A stretch of DNA of 64,000 bases from Candidatus Thermofontivivens primus. Lineage in GTDB: Bacteria; Sysuimicrobiota; Sysuimicrobiia; Sysuimicrobiales; Thermofontiviventaceae. Below the pieces are notes generated by a model. That model was not told where the DNA came from and did no database searches. It worked only from the letters and a program-made list of their open reading frames with translations. The stretch is from positions 64,001-128,000 of the forward strand of contig JAVKJW010000002.1 in NCBI GenBank assembly GCA_031458695.1. Direction: 5' to 3'. Made by a program: the position numbers and the translations under genes. Shown piece after piece: positions 49,024-59,739 of this stretch; within the stretch, counting starts at the first letter, position 1; each line of letters starts with the position of its first letter.

Positions 49024-49785
49024 ATGCTGTATTGGCTCTACCTAAGCGTCATTGCCATCTTCGCATTCGCCGTGCTCTCGGCAATGATCAAGATCATCCG
49101 GGAGTACGAGAGGGCTGTGGTATTCCGACTGGGACGCCTCCTTGGTGCAAAGGGGCCTGGGCTCATCTTCCTCATTCCCTTTGTGGACCGGATGGTGAAA
49201 GTAGACCTGCGGGTTGTGACCTTCGACGTTCCGCGCCAAGAGGTGATGACCAGGGATAACGTTCCCGTGACCGTGGATGCCGTGGTGTATTTCCGGGTTG
49301 TAAACGCCGAAGATGCCATCGTCAAGGTGGAGAACTTCGGCAAGGCGACCTCTCTCATCGCCCAGACCACCCTGCGCAGCGTCGTTGGGCAACACGAGCT
49401 TGACGACCTTCTCGCGCACCGGGATAAAATCAACCAGCAGCTCCAGCGGATCATCGATGAGGCCACGGAACCATGGGGCATCAAGGTGACGGCGGTGGAG
49501 GTCCGGGATGTCGTCCTCCCCGAAGGGATGAAGCGCGCTATGGCCAAGCAGGCCGAGACCGAACGGGAGCGACGGGCCAAGGTGATCAATGCGGAGGGCG
49601 AGTTCCAGGCGGCGGAGAAACTCGTGGCCGCGGCCCAGATGATTGCCACGCAGCCCATTGCCCTTCAGCTCCGCTTCCTCCAGACGCTCACGGAGGTGGC
49701 CACGGAGCAGAACTCGACCACGATCTTTCCCATTCCCATCGACCTCTTTACGCCCTACCTCAAGCGCGCCCTAGAGTCACGGTGA
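49024..49785 (+). CDS. SPFH/stomatin-like (slipin) protein
   Basis: EYER.VVFRLG, T.DNV.V.VDAVVYF, AQTTLR, QAE.ERERRAK. Confidence 0.95.
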   Translation: MLYWLYLSVIAIFAFAVLSAMIKIIREYERAVVFRLGRLLGAKGPGLIFLIPFVDRMVKVDLRVVTFDVPRQEVMTRDNVPVTVDAVVYFRVVNAEDAIVKVENFGKATSLIAQTTLRSVVGQHELDDLLAHRDKINQQLQRIIDEATEPWGIKVTAVEVRDVVLPEGMKRAMAKQAETERERRAKVINAEGEFQAAEKLVAAAQMIATQPIALQLRFLQTLTEVATEQNSTTIFPIPIDLFTPYLKRALESR

Positions 49786-49807
49786 ACTCCGAGCAACCCA
49801 AAACCTG

Positions 49808-50302
49808 ATGAACACGATAAACCTGATGTTTCACACCCGGAGTCCTGAGGAGACACAGCGCCTGGGCGAGCGCCTGGGGGAGATCCTCCAGGCCCCTGCG
49901 GTCGTAGCCCTGGTCGGGGAGTTGGGGGTTGGCAAGACCTGTTTCATCCAGGGAGTCGCCAGAGGGCTTGGGGTGAAGGGCTATGTCCCGAGCCCTACGT
50001 TCACCCTCATCCGCGAGCACCATGGGCGGGTCCCTGTCTATCACGTTGACCTCTACAGGCTGGAGAAGCCGCAGGAACTGGAAGATCTCGGTCTTGAAGA
50101 GATCCTCGAGGGGGAAGGGGTTGTGCTCATCGAGTGGGCCGAGAAGGTTCGTTTCCTCCTTCCCCCGGAGCACTTACAAGTCGAGTTGCGCTTTGGCCAG
50201 GGGGATGAGGAGCGGGAGATCCTCATAGTCCCTCATGGCGAGCGGTATAGGCAGCTCCTCCATGGCTTCTCGCAAGGGCCCCATGCGCGTGCTAGCCTTT
50301 GA
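49808..50302 (+). CDS. tsaE: t6A biosynthesis ATPase
   Basis: GELG.GKT, SPTF, H.DLYRL, IEW. Confidence 0.96.
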   Translation: MNTINLMFHTRSPEETQRLGERLGEILQAPAVVALVGELGVGKTCFIQGVARGLGVKGYVPSPTFTLIREHHGRVPVYHVDLYRLEKPQELEDLGLEEILEGEGVVLIEWAEKVRFLLPPEHLQVELRFGQGDEEREILIVPHGERYRQLLHGFSQGPHARASL

Positions 50303-50966
50303 GACCTCGACATCCCGGGCTGGGATAGCCCTGGTGGATCACCAGGGGATCGTCGCCGAGTCCCTCCTCCTCGCGCCGATGCGTCACCTCGAGTGGATCC
50401 TTGTTGGCCTCGAGAGTATGCTGCGGGAAGCCGGGGTTCCCCGGGACAGCATCGAGGGGGTCGCCGTATCTTTGGGCCCCGGTTCATTCACGGGGCTACG
50501 CATCGGCATCGCCACTGCCATAGGTTTGGCGAAGGGGTGGGAGGTCCCTATCGTCGGGGTTCCGACCCTGGATGTGGTCGCCGCAGGGATTCCTCGAGAC
50601 GGGCTTGTGTGCGCGCTCTTGGACGCGCGGCGGGGGGAAGTCGCTGCTGCGATCTTCCGGATATGGCGCGGGGCGCTCACGAGGATCACGGGAGATCTGG
50701 TCGCTCCTATCCGGGAGGCGATTGAGCTCTTGGAAGGGTATGAAGGGGAGATCGCGCTCACCGGCGAGGGGGTTGCGAGGTTCGGGAAAGAGATTTTGGA
50801 CAACCTCGGGAACCGCATCTGGATCGCCCCGCCGGTATACTGGCCTCCACGCGCGGCCATGGTGGGGTGGCTTGGCCGTGCCCTCCTTCTCCAGGGCGTG
50901 AGGGGCGATCCCTATCACCTCCAGCCTGTCTACGTTCGGCGCCCGGTACCTCTAGCCCCCTCCTAA
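50283..50966 (+). CDS. tsaB: t6A biosynthesis protein TsaB
   Basis: LA.ETS, GPGSFTGLRIG, DARRGEV, P.Y.R. Confidence 0.96.
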   Translation: MRVLAFETSTSRAGIALVDHQGIVAESLLLAPMRHLEWILVGLESMLREAGVPRDSIEGVAVSLGPGSFTGLRIGIATAIGLAKGWEVPIVGVPTLDVVAAGIPRDGLVCALLDARRGEVAAAIFRIWRGALTRITGDLVAPIREAIELLEGYEGEIALTGEGVARFGKEILDNLGNRIWIAPPVYWPPRAAMVGWLGRALLLQGVRGDPYHLQPVYVRRPVPLAPS

Positions 50967-51065
50967 GGAGACAAAGGGTTTCTGGCCCACGGGAGGAATG
51001 AGGGAAGGTACAGGTATTGACCGCGCGTGTAAAATTGAGGAGAGACCAAGAGGAGGATCCGCGAC

Positions 51066-51599
51066 GTGAAGCAGTTGACAAGGGTCGTCATCGAGCCCAT
51101 GCGGGTGGAACATCTCCCCCGCGTGCTGGAGATTGAACGCGTCTCCTTCCCCACGCCGTGGCCACAGGATGCCTATCTTCAGGAGATCAGAGGAAACCGC
51201 TTAGCGAGCTACATTGTGGCCAAGGTGGAAGAGGAAGTGGTGGGATACGCTGGGATGTGGGTCATCCTCGATGAAGCCCATATCACCACAATTGCTGTCG
51301 ACCCTCGGTACCGGCGACAATCCATAGGGGAGCGGCTGCTCCTTGCCCTGATCGAGGAAGCAATACGCCGGGGTGCCCGGTGGATGACTCTAGAGGTCCG
51401 CAAGTCCAACACGGCAGCCCAGGCCCTCTACCGCAAGTACGGGTTCCGGGACATCGGGGTTCGCCGGGGATACTACAGTGACAACCGCGAGGATGCCATT
51501 GTGATGTGGGCTGGGGTGCTTCAGGAACCCCACTTCCAGAATCACCTGAACGCCTTGCGGGCGAAGCTGGAAGGGAGCGACCCCATAGATGATGGGTGA
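51066..51599 (+). CDS. rimI: Ribosomal-protein-alanine N-acetyltransferase
   Basis: IE..SF..PW, EAHITTIAV, LEVR.SN..A..LY, RRGYY.DN.EDA. Confidence 0.95.
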   Translation: MKQLTRVVIEPMRVEHLPRVLEIERVSFPTPWPQDAYLQEIRGNRLASYIVAKVEEEVVGYAGMWVILDEAHITTIAVDPRYRRQSIGERLLLALIEEAIRRGARWMTLEVRKSNTAAQALYRKYGFRDIGVRRGYYSDNREDAIVMWAGVLQEPHFQNHLNALRAKLEGSDPIDDG

Positions 51600-51640
51600 C
51601 AAGGTGACAGGGTGACAAGGTGACAGGGTTGACAGGGTGA
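51594..51640. repeat. Octamer tandem repeat (RGGTGACA, about 5.5 units)
   Basis: GGGTGACA AGGTGACA GGGTGACA AGGTGACA GGGTTGACA GGGTGA. Confidence 0.9.
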
Positions 51641-51654
51641 TTGGGAGAAAGTCC

Positions 51655-52656
51655 ATGCTGGTGCTTGGGATCGAGACGTCGTGCGATGAGACTGCTGCAG
51701 CGGTTGTGGAGGATGGCCGGATCATCCGCTCGAATGTGGTTGCCTCCCAGGTGGATCTGCATGCACGCTTCGGTGGGGTTGTCCCCGAGCTTGCCTCCCG
51801 CAAGCATATGGAACGGATCTTCCCCGTTCTCGACGAGGCCCTCGAGCAGGCCAGGGTGAGCTACAGAGAACTCCAAGGGGTGGCCGTGACCATTGGGCCG
51901 GGGCTCATGGGTGCCCTCACCGTAGGTGTCGCTGCCGCCAAGGCGCTGGCATTCAGCAGAGGGCTTCCCCTCGTTGGGGTGAACCACTTGCTTGGGCACA
52001 TCTATGCGAATTTTCTTGAGCACGGGGAGATCCCCCTCCCAGCCCTCGCTTTGGTCGTTTCAGGTGCTCACTCAGATCTCATCCTCATGAAGGAACATGC
52101 TTCCTACCAGATCCTGGGCCGGACGCGGGACGATGCCGCCGGGGAGGCTTTTGACAAAGTCGCCCGCGCGATGGGCCTCGGTTATCCAGGGGGTCCGGCG
52201 ATCGACCGGCTTGCCCGTGCGGGTGACCCCTATGCCATCCCGCTTCCGCGGCCTTTTGCGGAAGTTGACTCCCTCGACTTCAGCTTTAGCGGGATCAAGA
52301 CGGCCGTCCTCCGGGTGCTCCACAGGAACCCCTCGCCGGATCCTTCCTTTCTCGCCAACCTTGCCGCTTCCTTCCAGCGTGTGGTCGTGGAAACCCTGAT
52401 CGAAAAGACTATGCGCGCAGCCCGGAGGGTTTCCCCGAAGGCTATCTTGCTGGCAGGTGGGGTTGCGGCGAACTCCCTCCTGCGGGAGCAGATGGCAGAG
52501 GCCGTGGAGAAGCTGGGGCTTCCTTTCTACCGCCCTTCCCCCTCCCTGTGCACTGATAACGCCGCTATGATCGCTGCCTGCGGCTACTACCAGCTCCGCA
52601 GGGGGGAACGGGCTGCGCTCACCCTGGGCGCCTATGCAGACCTTCCCATCTCCTGA
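51655..52656 (+). CDS. tsaD: t6A threonylcarbamoyltransferase
   Basis: GIETSCDET, GGVVPE.ASR.H, NHL.GH, DDAAGEAFDK, FSFSG, TDNAAMIA. Confidence 0.97.
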   Translation: MLVLGIETSCDETAAAVVEDGRIIRSNVVASQVDLHARFGGVVPELASRKHMERIFPVLDEALEQARVSYRELQGVAVTIGPGLMGALTVGVAAAKALAFSRGLPLVGVNHLLGHIYANFLEHGEIPLPALALVVSGAHSDLILMKEHASYQILGRTRDDAAGEAFDKVARAMGLGYPGGPAIDRLARAGDPYAIPLPRPFAEVDSLDFSFSGIKTAVLRVLHRNPSPDPSFLANLAASFQRVVVETLIEKTMRAARRVSPKAILLAGGVAANSLLREQMAEAVEKLGLPFYRPSPSLCTDNAAMIAACGYYQLRRGERAALTLGAYADLPIS

Positions 52657-52814
52657 AGCGGAAGGTCCTTCCTGGGCCCCTCCTGTTTCCTTTAGAAATC
52701 TTGAAAAAGAACGAGCTTTTCCAAGAGAGTGTGGGCAAATTCGGCCAAATTTACTTAACTCGGTTATCTAAGGGTTTGATTGGGTCTTCTTCCTTGCCTA
52801 TGATGGTGGGTGGA

Positions 52815-52841
52815 TTAGCACTCTCAGGGTGAGAGTGCTAA
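52815..52841 (+). promoter_or_regulatory. CIRCE element (HrcA operator)
   Basis: Exact TTAGCACTC-N9-GAGTGCTAA upstream of groES. Confidence 0.97.
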
Positions 52842-52959
52842 TTCTTCCTGCAAAACCCTGGAGATACGCGAGGAACGTGTAACCTCCTTCCCGCTTTGGG
52901 AAGGAAACGCGCCGAGATATACGTTCTCACCATTCACGCTCAGAGGGGAGGGATGGAAG

Positions 52960-53271
52960 ATGAAGTTACGTCCGCTTGGAGACCGGGTTGTCGTGAAGCC
53001 CATCGAGGAGGAGGAGAGGACACCTGGAGGGATTGTCCTCCCAGATGTCGCCAAGGAGAAACCCCAGCAGGGAGAGGTGGTTGCAGTCGGCCCCGGGGAG
53101 CTGAACGAACGGGGAGAGCGCAATCCGATGGATGTCAAGGTAGGTGACCGGGTGATCTACTCCAAGTATGCGGGGACGGAAGTGAAGCTGGGGGAGGAAC
53201 AGTACCTCATCCTCCGACAGAGCGACATCCTGGCGATTGTGGAGAAAGAAGCAGCGCCGGCAAAGAAGTGA
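52960..53271 (+). CDS. groES: Co-chaperonin GroES
   Basis: PLGDRV, GGIVLPD.AKEKP, VKVGD.V.YSKYAG. Confidence 0.98.
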   Translation: MKLRPLGDRVVVKPIEEEERTPGGIVLPDVAKEKPQQGEVVAVGPGELNERGERNPMDVKVGDRVIYSKYAGTEVKLGEEQYLILRQSDILAIVEKEAAPAKK

Positions 53272-53301
53272 GACAGGTTGCCCCGCAGACTCTATGGATG
53301 A

Positions 53302-54924
<1,623 letters not shown>

Positions 54925-54945
54925 GTTCCTCAGGATGTCCTGAAC

Positions 54946-54989
54946 AAGCTTGGGAGCCTGGAGGGAATTCCCTCCAGGCTCCCAAGCTT
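54946..54989 (+). terminator. Perfect 44-bp palindrome after groEL (probable terminator)
   Basis: AAGCTTGGGAGCCTGGAGGGAA|TTCCCTCCAGGCTCCCAAGCTT. Confidence 0.75.
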
Positions 54990-55036
54990 TCCCCACCCTC
55001 CTCGAGCATCCCATCGTGCACGCGATGCCCCATGAA

Positions 55037-55147
55037 GCTAAAATCCGAACATTACCCTACGTATCTTGACATAGCATTTGCCTTCTGATACTATTTCCCC
55101 GGGTTTAGGTGTTGTTCCAAGTTCCTTTTCGCTAAAATCCGAACATT
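55037..55147 (+). promoter_or_regulatory. pur operon promoter flanked by two PurBoxes
   Basis: Identical GCTAAAATCCGAACATT at 55037-55053 and 55131-55147 around TTGACA-N17-TACTAT (55066-55094). Confidence 0.85.
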
Positions 55148-55162
55148 CCTCGAAGGTGCGGG

Positions 55163-56998
55163 ATGAATGTCCTGGTCATCGGTTCTGGGGGTAGGGAACA
55201 TGCCCTGGTCTGGGCACTAAGCCGGAGCCCCCGGATCAAAAAGATCTACTGCTGTCCAGGGAACCCCGGGATCGCTGCTCTCGCTGAAACCCTCCCCATC
55301 GCCCCCACAGATATTCCCGCCCTTGTCCGGGGGGCAGAGGAACTTTCCATCGACCTCACCGTGGTTGGGCCGGAAGCACCGTTGGTTTTGGGCATCGTGG
55401 ACGCCTTTCAGGAGAAGGGTTTGCGGATCTTCGGCCCTACGGCAGCCGCAAGCCTCCTTGAGGGGAGCAAGGTCTTCGCGAAAATGCTGATGCGCCGCTA
55501 CGGGATCCCCACGGCACAGTTCTGGACGTTTTCCGACCCCCTAAAAGCAAAGGCCTTTGTCCGCAAGGCCCATCGTCCCCTTGTGGTGAAGGCAGATGGC
55601 CTTGCCGCAGGGAAGGGGGCGATCGTCGCCATGACGCCGGAAGAAGGGGAGCGCGCCGTCGGCATGCTCATGGAAGAACGCATCTTCGGGGAGAGCGGTG
55701 CACAGGTCGTCATTGAGGAGTTCCTTGAAGGAGAGGAAGTAAGCTTCTTTGCCCTTTCCGATGGGAGGACCGTCCTCCCTCTCCTGGCGGTCCGGGACCA
55801 TAAGCGCCTGCTGGACGGAGACCGCGGCCCGAACACAGGCGGGATGGGCGCGTACGCACCTGTCCCCTTCGTAGACGGAGCCCTGTCTGAGCGGATGATG
55901 CGGGAGGTCGTGGTCCCCACAGTGGAGGCGATGAACAAAGAGGGGCGGCCCTTTACGGGGGTTCTCTATGCTGGTCTCATGCTCACCGAGGACGGCCCCA
56001 AGGTTTTGGAGTTTAATGTGCGCTTTGGCGATCCCGAGGCCCAGGTCCTCCTCCCGCTGCTCCAGACCGATCTCCTGGACCTGTGCGAGGCGGTTGTAGA
56101 TGGCCAGCTGGATCGCCTCTCCGTGGTCTGGAAACCTGGGGCAGCGGCCTGTGTGGTCATGGCCTCAAGAGGGTATCCGGATCACGTGGAAACCGGGAGC
56201 ATCATCGAGGGGCTGGACGGCGAACAGCCTCCTGGGGTTTTGATCTTCCATGCTGGGACGGGATGGAAGGAGGGTAGGCTCGTTGCAACAGGCGGAAGGG
56301 TCCTGAATGTGGTGGGGCTTGGAGAAAACCTCCAAGAGGCCGTAGAGCGGGCCTACCAGGGCGTTGGGAGGATCCGGTTCGAGGGGATGCAGTACAGAAA
56401 GGATATCGGGTCAATCGCGTTCATGGGGTCTAATGCGTCTATGGAATCGCCTGGTTCCTTGGGTCATGGAGTCGTTGAGCCAACGGGTCTCTCAGACCGC
56501 AGACCTGATGAACCCGATAAGCCCGCCCTGGTTGGGATCGTGCTAGGGAGCGATTCTGATGCCCCCGTGATGGAGGAGACGGCCAGGATGCTCGAAAAAT
56601 TCGGGATCCCCTATGAAGTGACCATCGCTTCCGCCCATCGGTCTCCACGCAGGGCTCTCGCTTACGCTGAGGAAGCGGCGGCGCGTGGCCTGAAGGTCCT
56701 CATCGCGGCGGCTGGAGGAGCTGCACACCTTCCCGGGGTCCTGGCTTCCAGCACCCCACTCCCGGTGATTGGGGTCCCTATGGAGGCGACCCCGCTAGGA
56801 GGGCTGGATTCCCTCCTCTCGATGGTCCAGATGCCGGGTGGGGTCCCTGTTGCTGTGGTCAGCATAGGGAAGGCTGGCGCTCGCAATGCTGCCCTCCTTG
56901 CGGCTCGGATCCTAGGCACCACAGACGTGGAAATCCGCAGGCGCGTGGAGGCGTACATGGCAGAACTGGCAGCGGAGATTGCATCGAAGCGTGTATAG
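55163..56998 (+). CDS. purD: Fused GAR synthetase (PurD) and N5-CAIR mutase (PurE)
   Basis: GSGGREHA, KADGLAAGKG, GPNTGGMG, EFN.RFGDPE; ~40-aa linker; then GSDSD, SAHR, AGGAAHLPG, VQMP.G.PV. Confidence 0.93.
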   Translation: MNVLVIGSGGREHALVWALSRSPRIKKIYCCPGNPGIAALAETLPIAPTDIPALVRGAEELSIDLTVVGPEAPLVLGIVDAFQEKGLRIFGPTAAASLLEGSKVFAKMLMRRYGIPTAQFWTFSDPLKAKAFVRKAHRPLVVKADGLAAGKGAIVAMTPEEGERAVGMLMEERIFGESGAQVVIEEFLEGEEVSFFALSDGRTVLPLLAVRDHKRLLDGDRGPNTGGMGAYAPVPFVDGALSERMMREVVVPTVEAMNKEGRPFTGVLYAGLMLTEDGPKVLEFNVRFGDPEAQVLLPLLQTDLLDLCEAVVDGQLDRLSVVWKPGAAACVVMASRGYPDHVETGSIIEGLDGEQPPGVLIFHAGTGWKEGRLVATGGRVLNVVGLGENLQEAVERAYQGVGRIRFEGMQYRKDIGSIAFMGSNASMESPGSLGHGVVEPTGLSDRRPDEPDKPALVGIVLGSDSDAPVMEETARMLEKFGIPYEVTIASAHRSPRRALAYAEEAAARGLKVLIAAAGGAAHLPGVLASSTPLPVIGVPMEATPLGGLDSLLSMVQMPGGVPVAVVSIGKAGARNAALLAARILGTTDVEIRRRVEAYMAELAAEIASKRV

Positions 56999-57106
56999 CG
57001 TTTCTCGCGTTCATTGCGTTTCTCGCGTTCATTGCGTTTCTTGCGTTTTGAAATGAAGTTCAACAAACGCGATCAACGCAAGAGACGCGATGAACGCCAT
57101 CAACGC
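56998..57106. repeat. Inverted nonamer tandem arrays forming a long hairpin
   Basis: Six GCGTTNNNN units (56998-57050) facing five NNNNNACGC units (57062-57106). Confidence 0.9.
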
Positions 57107-57123
57107 GAAAGGACGAAGTGAGG

Positions 57124-58425
57124 ATGCCTGTCACAGCTGTTGTCGGGGGACATTGGGGAGACGAGGGGAAGGGCAAGGTTGTGGACGCCTTGAGCCGGAG
57201 CGCGGACATGGTCATCCGTTACAACGGCGGGAACAACGCGGGCCACACCGTGGTCAACGAGTACGGCACCTTCCGCCTCCACCTCGTCCCCGGCGGGATC
57301 TTCAACCCGGAGGCAGATTGTATTATCGGTCCTGGCACGGTAGTGAACCCTGATGCCCTCCTCAAGGAAATCGGGGAACTCGAAGCCCACGGGATCTCCA
57401 CAGAACGCCTGTACATCTCCGACAGGGCGCACATCGTCCTCCCCCACCACATTCTCATCGACGTCCTAGAGGAACGAGCCAGGGGACCGAAACCCCACGG
57501 GACCACCAAGCAAGGGATCTGGCCTGTCTACGCGGACAAAGCGAGCAGGATCGGTCTCCGCATGGGCGATCTCCTCGAGGAAGAGTACCTGGCAGAGCAC
57601 CTCTCCTGGATTGTGGCGAGGAAGGGTGCTCAACTTCAGGGGGTCTATGGATACCTTCCCCTGGAATACGAGGAGGTCATGGCCAAGTGTCGCCAGTGGC
57701 GGGAGCAGCTTGCTCCCCGCATCGTAGACATTCTCCCTATGGTCCAGCGTGCCCTGCGGGAGGACCGGCACATCCTTCTGGAAGGGCACCTGGGGGTGAT
57801 GCGGGATCTTGATTGGGGGATCTACCCATACGTGACCTCTTCCACTACCCTCCCCGGGGGAGCATGTGCTGGCGCAGGGATCCCGCCTCAGGCGATTACC
57901 CGCGTCGTGGGCGTGGTGAAGGCCTACACCACTGCCGTCGGCGGTGGGCCCCTTCCTACGGAGATCTCCGGGGAGCTTGCCGACTTGCTCCGGGAGAGGG
58001 GGCAGGAGTATGGAGCGACCACGGGCAGACCCAGACGGTGCGGGTGGTTTGACGGGGTGGCCGCGCGGTACGCCGCGCAGGTGGCTGGGTTCACGGACCT
58101 TGCCGTGATGAAGCTGGATGTTCTCGATGGGATGGAGACGGTCAAGATCTGTACAGCCTACCGGCTGGGGGACAGGGTCCTCGAGACCGTGCCCCATACG
58201 GCTGCCTTAGAGAGGGTCCAGCCTGTCTACGAGGAACTCCCGGGGTGGCGCGGGCCCTGCAGGGGAGTGCGGGAGTACGAGGATCTCCCTCCTGAGGCGA
58301 AGGCGTTCCTCCGGCGCATCGAGGAGGTCGTGGGCGTCCCAATCTCTCTCATTGGGGTAGGGCCCGGGCGCGAGGAGATGATCGAGATTTCCCCCTTCTC
58401 CCCTGTGGGGAGAAGGCGCAAGTGA
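57124..58425 (+). CDS. purA: Adenylosuccinate synthetase
   Basis: WGDEGKGK, GG.NAGHT, YPYVTSS, GATTGRPRRCGW, KLDVL. Confidence 0.94.
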   Translation: MPVTAVVGGHWGDEGKGKVVDALSRSADMVIRYNGGNNAGHTVVNEYGTFRLHLVPGGIFNPEADCIIGPGTVVNPDALLKEIGELEAHGISTERLYISDRAHIVLPHHILIDVLEERARGPKPHGTTKQGIWPVYADKASRIGLRMGDLLEEEYLAEHLSWIVARKGAQLQGVYGYLPLEYEEVMAKCRQWREQLAPRIVDILPMVQRALREDRHILLEGHLGVMRDLDWGIYPYVTSSTTLPGGACAGAGIPPQAITRVVGVVKAYTTAVGGGPLPTEISGELADLLRERGQEYGATTGRPRRCGWFDGVAARYAAQVAGFTDLAVMKLDVLDGMETVKICTAYRLGDRVLETVPHTAALERVQPVYEELPGWRGPCRGVREYEDLPPEAKAFLRRIEEVVGVPISLIGVGPGREEMIEISPFSPVGRRRK

Positions 58426-58437
58426 GGGGGTGAGGAG

Positions 58438-59739
58438 ATGATCCCCCGGTACACCACACCAGAGATGCGGAGGTTATGGAGCCCGCAGGCGAAGTTCCAG
58501 ACCTGGCTCAACATCGAAGTCCTGGCCTGTGAGGCCATGGGGGAGCTGGGGTTGATCCCTCTGGACGCGGCGCGGCGCATCCGCGAGCGCGCCAGGCTCG
58601 GCTCCATCCGGCGCATCGAGGAGATCGAGGAGAAGGAGACCAAGCACGACGTCGTGGCCTTCCTGCGCGTCGTCTCCGAGAGCCTCGGAGAGGATGCGCG
58701 CTACCTGCACTTCGGCCTTGGATCCTCAGATATTGTGGACACAGCCCAGGCTGTGCTCATGAAGAGAGCCGCCGACATTCTTCTCCGGGACCTCCAGGTC
58801 CTGATGGGGGAGGTCCAGCGCCTCGCCGTGGAACACCGGTACACTCTGATGGTCGGGAGAACCCACGGCGTCCATGCGGAACCCATCACCTTCGGGCTCA
58901 AGATGGCCCTTTGGCTCGCAGAGCTCCAGCGCCACCAAAGGCGCCTGGAACAAGCGCGGGAGGCGATTGCCGTGGGCAAGCTCTCGGGGGAAGTGGGGAC
59001 CTACGCCCACCTCGACCCGAGGGTCGAGGCGTACGTGTGTGAAAAGCTTGGGCTTAAGCCGGCCCCTGTTTCCTCTCAGGTCCTCCAGCGAGACCGCCAC
59101 GCCGAGTACATGACCGCCCTGGCACTCCTGGCCAGCTCCCTTGAGAAATTCGCGACGGAGATCCGCAACCTCCAACGGACGGAGATCCGCGAGGTGGAGG
59201 AGCCCTTCCAGGCCGGGCAAACGGGGTCCTCGGCAATGCCCCACAAGCGCAACCCTATTCTCTGCGAACGTATCGCTGGGCTTGCACGTTTGGTGCGGGC
59301 CTACGCCCTTGCTGCCATGGAGAACGTCGCCCTTTGGCACGAGCGCGACATCACCCATTCCTCTGTGGAGCGGGTGGCTATCCCTGATGCCACTTCCCTT
59401 GTGCACTACATGCTCCGGAAATTCACCTCTGTCCTCCGGGGTCTCCAGGTGTACCCCGAGCAGATGCGAAGGAACTTGGAGAGAACAGGAGGGTTGATCT
59501 TCTCCCACCGCCTGTTGCTCCGGCTCGTGGAGAAAGGCCTATCCAGGGAGGAGGCTTACGCCACAGTCCAAAACGCCGCGATGAAGGCGTGGCGAGGGGA
59601 GGAGAGCTTCCAGGAGGCGCTCCTCGCTTCGGGCGCGTTCTCCCCGAGCGAGCTCGCGGAGTGTTTCGACGCCCGATGGGCGCTTCGGTATATCGATGAG
59701 ATTTACCAAAAGGTAGGGATTGCTCATGCTGGGGATTGA
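58438..59739 (+). CDS. purB: Adenylosuccinate lyase
   Basis: MIPRY, HDVVAF, GRTHGVHAEP, GSSAMPHKRNP. Confidence 0.97.
   Translation: MIPRYTTPEMRRLWSPQAKFQTWLNIEVLACEAMGELGLIPLDAARRIRERARLGSIRRIEEIEEKETKHDVVAFLRVVSESLGEDARYLHFGLGSSDIVDTAQAVLMKRAADILLRDLQVLMGEVQRLAVEHRYTLMVGRTHGVHAEPITFGLKMALWLAELQRHQRRLEQAREAIAVGKLSGEVGTYAHLDPRVEAYVCEKLGLKPAPVSSQVLQRDRHAEYMTALALLASSLEKFATEIRNLQRTEIREVEEPFQAGQTGSSAMPHKRNPILCERIAGLARLVRAYALAAMENVALWHERDITHSSVERVAIPDATSLVHYMLRKFTSVLRGLQVYPEQMRRNLERTGGLIFSHRLLLRLVEKGLSREEAYATVQNAAMKAWRGEESFQEALLASGAFSPSELAECFDARWALRYIDEIYQKVGIAHAGD

Noticed and set aside
56998..57106. CRISPR array (also considered for 51594-51640)
   Set aside because: Units are 8-9 nt with no unique spacers and no cas genes
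57124..58425. PurZ (Z-base synthesis)
   Set aside because: GDEGKG Asp is retained; host pur-operon context; no phage genes
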